Source: Lytechinus pictus
Lineage: Eukaryota
DNA length: 64,000 nucleotides
Direction of reading: 5' to 3'
Assembly: GCF_037042905.1 (NCBI RefSeq)
Contig: NC_087251.1
Location: forward strand, 37,636,001 to 37,700,000
In this document: positions 59,829-64,000 of the stretch, piece by piece
Layout of the letters: every line of letters starts with the position of its first letter
Numbering within the stretch: position 1 is the first letter of the stretch
Notes under the pieces: model-generated
Seen by the model: the letters and a program-made list of their open reading frames with translations, nothing else
Databases searched by the model: none
What the model was told of the DNA's origin: nothing
Translations under genes and position numbers: made by a program

Positions 59829-62800
59829 CAGTAGCGATTTTTATGCAACTGGTCCTTGGTCTATTGATGATGTTTGTGCTTTCTAATTTCATAGTCTGAA
59901 GTTTGAAAAAAAATATCAAACCAAACGGTGGTCACTTTATTTCCTCTATTTGTTCCTTTGTCTGTGCATCCTGTTATCATTCTCCAAGGAACCAAGCTGC
60001 TGTAAATTACCTAAAGCAAATTTTATTGAATGTTGTGGATGGTGTAAACTATTTTAGTGCGGATCAGAAATAAGAGGATTTCCCAAAGGGTTTTTAGCGA
60101 ACTAGTTTCATTTACTTTTAGTTCCGTTTCCAATCATTGGCTACTTATGTTGTGCAAGTCTCTTTCAACCTGTACAGAAGGTGCTCTGAATGACTGCAGG
60201 AAGTTCTGTGAAAAAGAACTATGTACGGCTTGATGGGCGGGGCTTAAGTCAAATGCATGGAGATCATACAGTGCGCATAAACATGCAATGATCGATCACA
60301 TCCAGTCCTTTGCGACATTTTATTAATAATTTCTCACTGGAAGACCAGGATTCCTTATTGCTATTCATTCAAGTACCTTTCTATCTGCTGTATTTGATAA
60401 TAATGGTACGGATGATGGATATAAACCAAATATAATATATATGTGGCCTCCGATCGAAGGTTTGGTGAAACTGGTCCCCTCAGTGACAGAATGTGACCAT
60501 TTTCCGGCGTCACTTCGGGAATAGTGCCAACCACCACTTCCTCTGGCGGCCGTACATATTGGTTCGATGTAGTGAAATCCTATGTTAAGGTGTACTTTGT
60601 TTTCAGTTTCCAACAGACTGCGCAGGATGTTTTCATAGTTGACTGCAGCTCTCTGTGCCACGTTTCTTTTTCTCAGTGAAGGAAATCAAATAGAGTTTGG
60701 GAAATGATTATTAGACCACTTTCCTCCTAAGCTCCCATATATGCTATATAATTATTTCCCGTGCCGTATGGTTACCAAGCTGTAGGTTTAAACCTACACA
60801 AATAAATGATGCATTAATATCAGTATATACATTTGTAAACAATCTCATAGAAACTAGAAAGGAAATGATAATTTTTAAAATTTTGCATAGGATTATATAA
60901 AATATTTTTTTTTCTTCTGTCTTCATGATTGATACTAAGCCTATTTTTAGCCTGTAAATAGTTTTCTACAAACTGATAATTTTGTTTAGATTTTATTTGT
61001 TTGAATTTGCAGTGATAATTGGTACAGATGGATATCTCTTGCTTTTCATTTATTTGTGTACACCAATTTTTCCCTGAACTATTTTGTTGCAACGATTGAA
61101 CTTTTGACTCCCAAAAGGTGGCTGAAGCTGCTCACACCAGTGCCTATCCTTTCATACATAGGCTGTGTTTATTTGATATAGAACGACAGTCTGTGGACTG
61201 TGGGAAAGCAGAGTGGCGAGGAGAAGTCTGATCTTGACCTCTCGCTACACAGTATGCATTCTTCAGTCTGGCATGCTCTCGCAGGAGAGTCTATATAACT
61301 AAATATTGCATGATGATTCCAGCAGGGTATAGTATATAGATCTGCAGTTGTATGGAGCTGAGCTTTGAGCCGAGAGAGCTGGTGCCTGGGATATGACCTG
61401 GATATGGCACCCTGGAGTAGCTAGTATGCTTCCAGATACTCCAGGAGAGCTTTTATATACAACAAAAACTATATCCTAAGCAAGATACATCAGCCAGGAG
61501 AGGGCTTTTACCAAAGCTGTGGGAGGTTGTTTCCTTCTTCTCTACTATGGAAGTTTATGCATGAATAATGAACGATATGATACGCCATCCATTCCTTGTT
61601 GACAAGGGCACTGGGAACCTAGAATTTTGATCTAGGGGTATTATTCCAGGAGAATGATCGCTTCCACAATAATTACAAGTTGTAGTTTAAATATTTTATA
61701 TTCTATGTAGCTCTATATTGCAGAAACTATGCACAGTGAATTATCATATTCATTTTTGGACTTTTGAACTCTGATTTCAGAATTGTCCGTCCTTGTTTTA
61801 GTATTAAAATGTATTCTGGGATATGACTATGCTGTTCTGTGTATTGCAGTAAGCACGCAAAGTGGTTTTCGGCCCTATATCCATTTTTTGGACTCGTTGA
61901 ACTTTGAAACATATATCAAGAATGGGTTTTCCTTTTTAATGTAATGATAATTACGTAGGTATACCCCCCCAAAAAAAGAAAATACATATGTACATGTAGG
62001 AGTCACCAACATTTAACACTGTCTGTTCAGCCATGTTAGAACAATTATTTAATTACTTATTTGTGTAATTCAAGCAATCAAATATAAAATATAATCAAAA
62101 TCTTGGTTTCTATCTCAAAAATTTTGCAATATTAGTGGGGTTTTTTTCAAATTAATTTTTAAAATTCAATGTACAGTCGTTTGCAAGTTCAAGGGGCAAA
62201 TTTCAAGCAAAGATTGATTAATAGCCGTCCTGGGGCTTGTAACACAAAGCTAAACAACAATCGTAGAACATTTTTGTACGATTGTTAAACTTTGTCTCTT
62301 TATGGATGCTCATGTAATTTTTGGTGGGTTTTTTTTTTGGTTTAAAAAAAATGTTTTGGATATTACAAGGCTTTTTCTTTAACAGGTCGTTATACTATAA
62401 AACAATGATATTCATGAGACATGGATGTATACTGTGTAGTAATGTCTACCCATTTGTGAACCCTTTGAAGCCAGATGTAGGTTGTTCCTGTCCCAGATTT
62501 GAATAGTTCACCGATCCCTGGGCTTTCTCCCTATCCCTAGGAGTCTCGTAGCAATATCCTGTCTGGAAGTGAGAGGCTACAATCATTGATTTAGGTCCTC
62601 ATTTCAATTAGTTGGTAGATACATGAACTAGTCTTTGTGAAGAAAATTATTGAATTCATGGGGCTGCTGGTTTTTGGAAATTATTTGTCTATTTTGCTGC
62701 AAATTTATAATGATATTGATAAGACATAAATGACTCTTGGCTGTTGTCATTGACCATCAGTTCCTGAAAGATAGAATACAATATAATTTTTTTATTTAAC

Positions 62801-64000
62801 ATACACACACCACAAAAGATAAAAAGTTGCTGGAGTGATATTGGTAATCAACAAAATTGTTTTGTATGCTTTTTAGGACTTAATCACATTTTAGTATGAA
62901 CTTACGGTTGAACATCGGGTATTAAGTACATATATTCATTTCCATTTGAAGGCTGTGAGCGTGGATATCCTCTTGACTGGACTGGATGGCCCTCTTATTG
63001 GCCTTGGAGAATAATTGATGTGCCCTTTTATTTTCCATTATGCTGTAATTTAGAAATGATTAATTTCAGTATTTGTGTCTCCTGGAAAATTTGACAGTGT
63101 ACCTGAAATGTTAAGAATTTCTAATGAATTTAAAGATCAGTTTCTCTTCATTTAATATTTGATGAAATGGCAGTGTTAGTGCACTGTTGTTTGGTCCGAA
63201 CGTCTCTTCACCTTACACCATCCTGTCTACAGTACCTATCCTGCCACCATCCCTGGGAAAGCAGACCCTGGGATATGACCCAGGCATGCCACCCTACCAA
63301 CCACCTCCATTGTTTGTAAACAATAACCTGGTTTAGAGTGCCTACTGGTCTGAAAAGGGGAGCTTTATTTGCGTGGAATGTGAGTTTAGGTTGGTGCTCA
63401 AGACACAAATAGACCAAATGAACTTTGGATTAAACTTCTTTTAGAGGGGAGACAGAAATAGTGGATTATGCCTATTGTCTTACAAAAGCCGGTATGTGTA
63501 GTCATCTGCGAGCTACATTTATTCATGGATTACAAGAACTTCTCATATTGTGGTTGTGTGTCTATGCCTCTTCCATTGTCATACTGCTCTTGGATCTGAC
63601 CCTGACCCCCTTTATTATGCACACAACCAACTATAGATGGTTTGATGAATTAACAGGTCAAGGTTGATGATCTACATGTTTCTGACAAATAAGATGGATT
63701 CTGTCAGAAAAGTGAAATTTCAATAGTTGAGTGATGTATCACATATCATAACCAAATGGTGATTATTATTGAAAATACAGGTATACAATAATACATGAAT
63801 GAAAGCAAATAATCTGAATTTTAAGCCTTGAATAAATCCCTATTTTGGGTATTTCGGGGAAATAGTCGCAACACCGCGATATTTGTACAATACTGACAAT
63901 TTCTCTATGCAATTTGCTTTGTGCCTTATATTCATATCCAATGTTGTAAGCAATAGATGTATATCTATCCAATATTACTGTACACCATTTTATAGTGAAT

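Noticed and set aside
48260..64000. Next zinc-finger exon (expected xGH(M/L)LTH..KP)
   Set aside because: No matching phase-2 exon found by eye; AACGGGCCAC at ~59791 belongs to a transposon subterminal repeat.

Overview
AT-rich animal genomic DNA. The repeat content looks like a marine invertebrate, probably a sea urchin (inference). The window holds part of one + strand gene: a large Q/S-rich exon (4089-5752, ATG at 4099) and, after a phase-compatible ~42.2 kb intron, an exon (47995-48259) with two C2H2 fingers that closely resemble the N-terminal fingers of ZNF541/TRERF1-family ELM2-SANT co-repressors. The next exon was not found in the window. The rest is intronic and packed with non-autonomous DNA transposons, many with readable ends and target-site duplications (TSDs): Kolobok-, piggyBac-, Harbinger-, Sola-, hAT- and P/hATw-like elements, a Helentron-type element, tRNA-derived SINEs and a 4.7 kb Academ-type foldback element. 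Several are nested. I see no convincing new multi-gene system. The best leads are a candidate alternative first coding exon at 39181-39217, the foldback element with its dense YY1-like motif array, repeat pairs that could circularise the AUG exon, a decayed hammerhead-like motif, and strong enrichment of the octamer TACATGTA. Superfamily assignments rest only on termini and TSDs read by eye.
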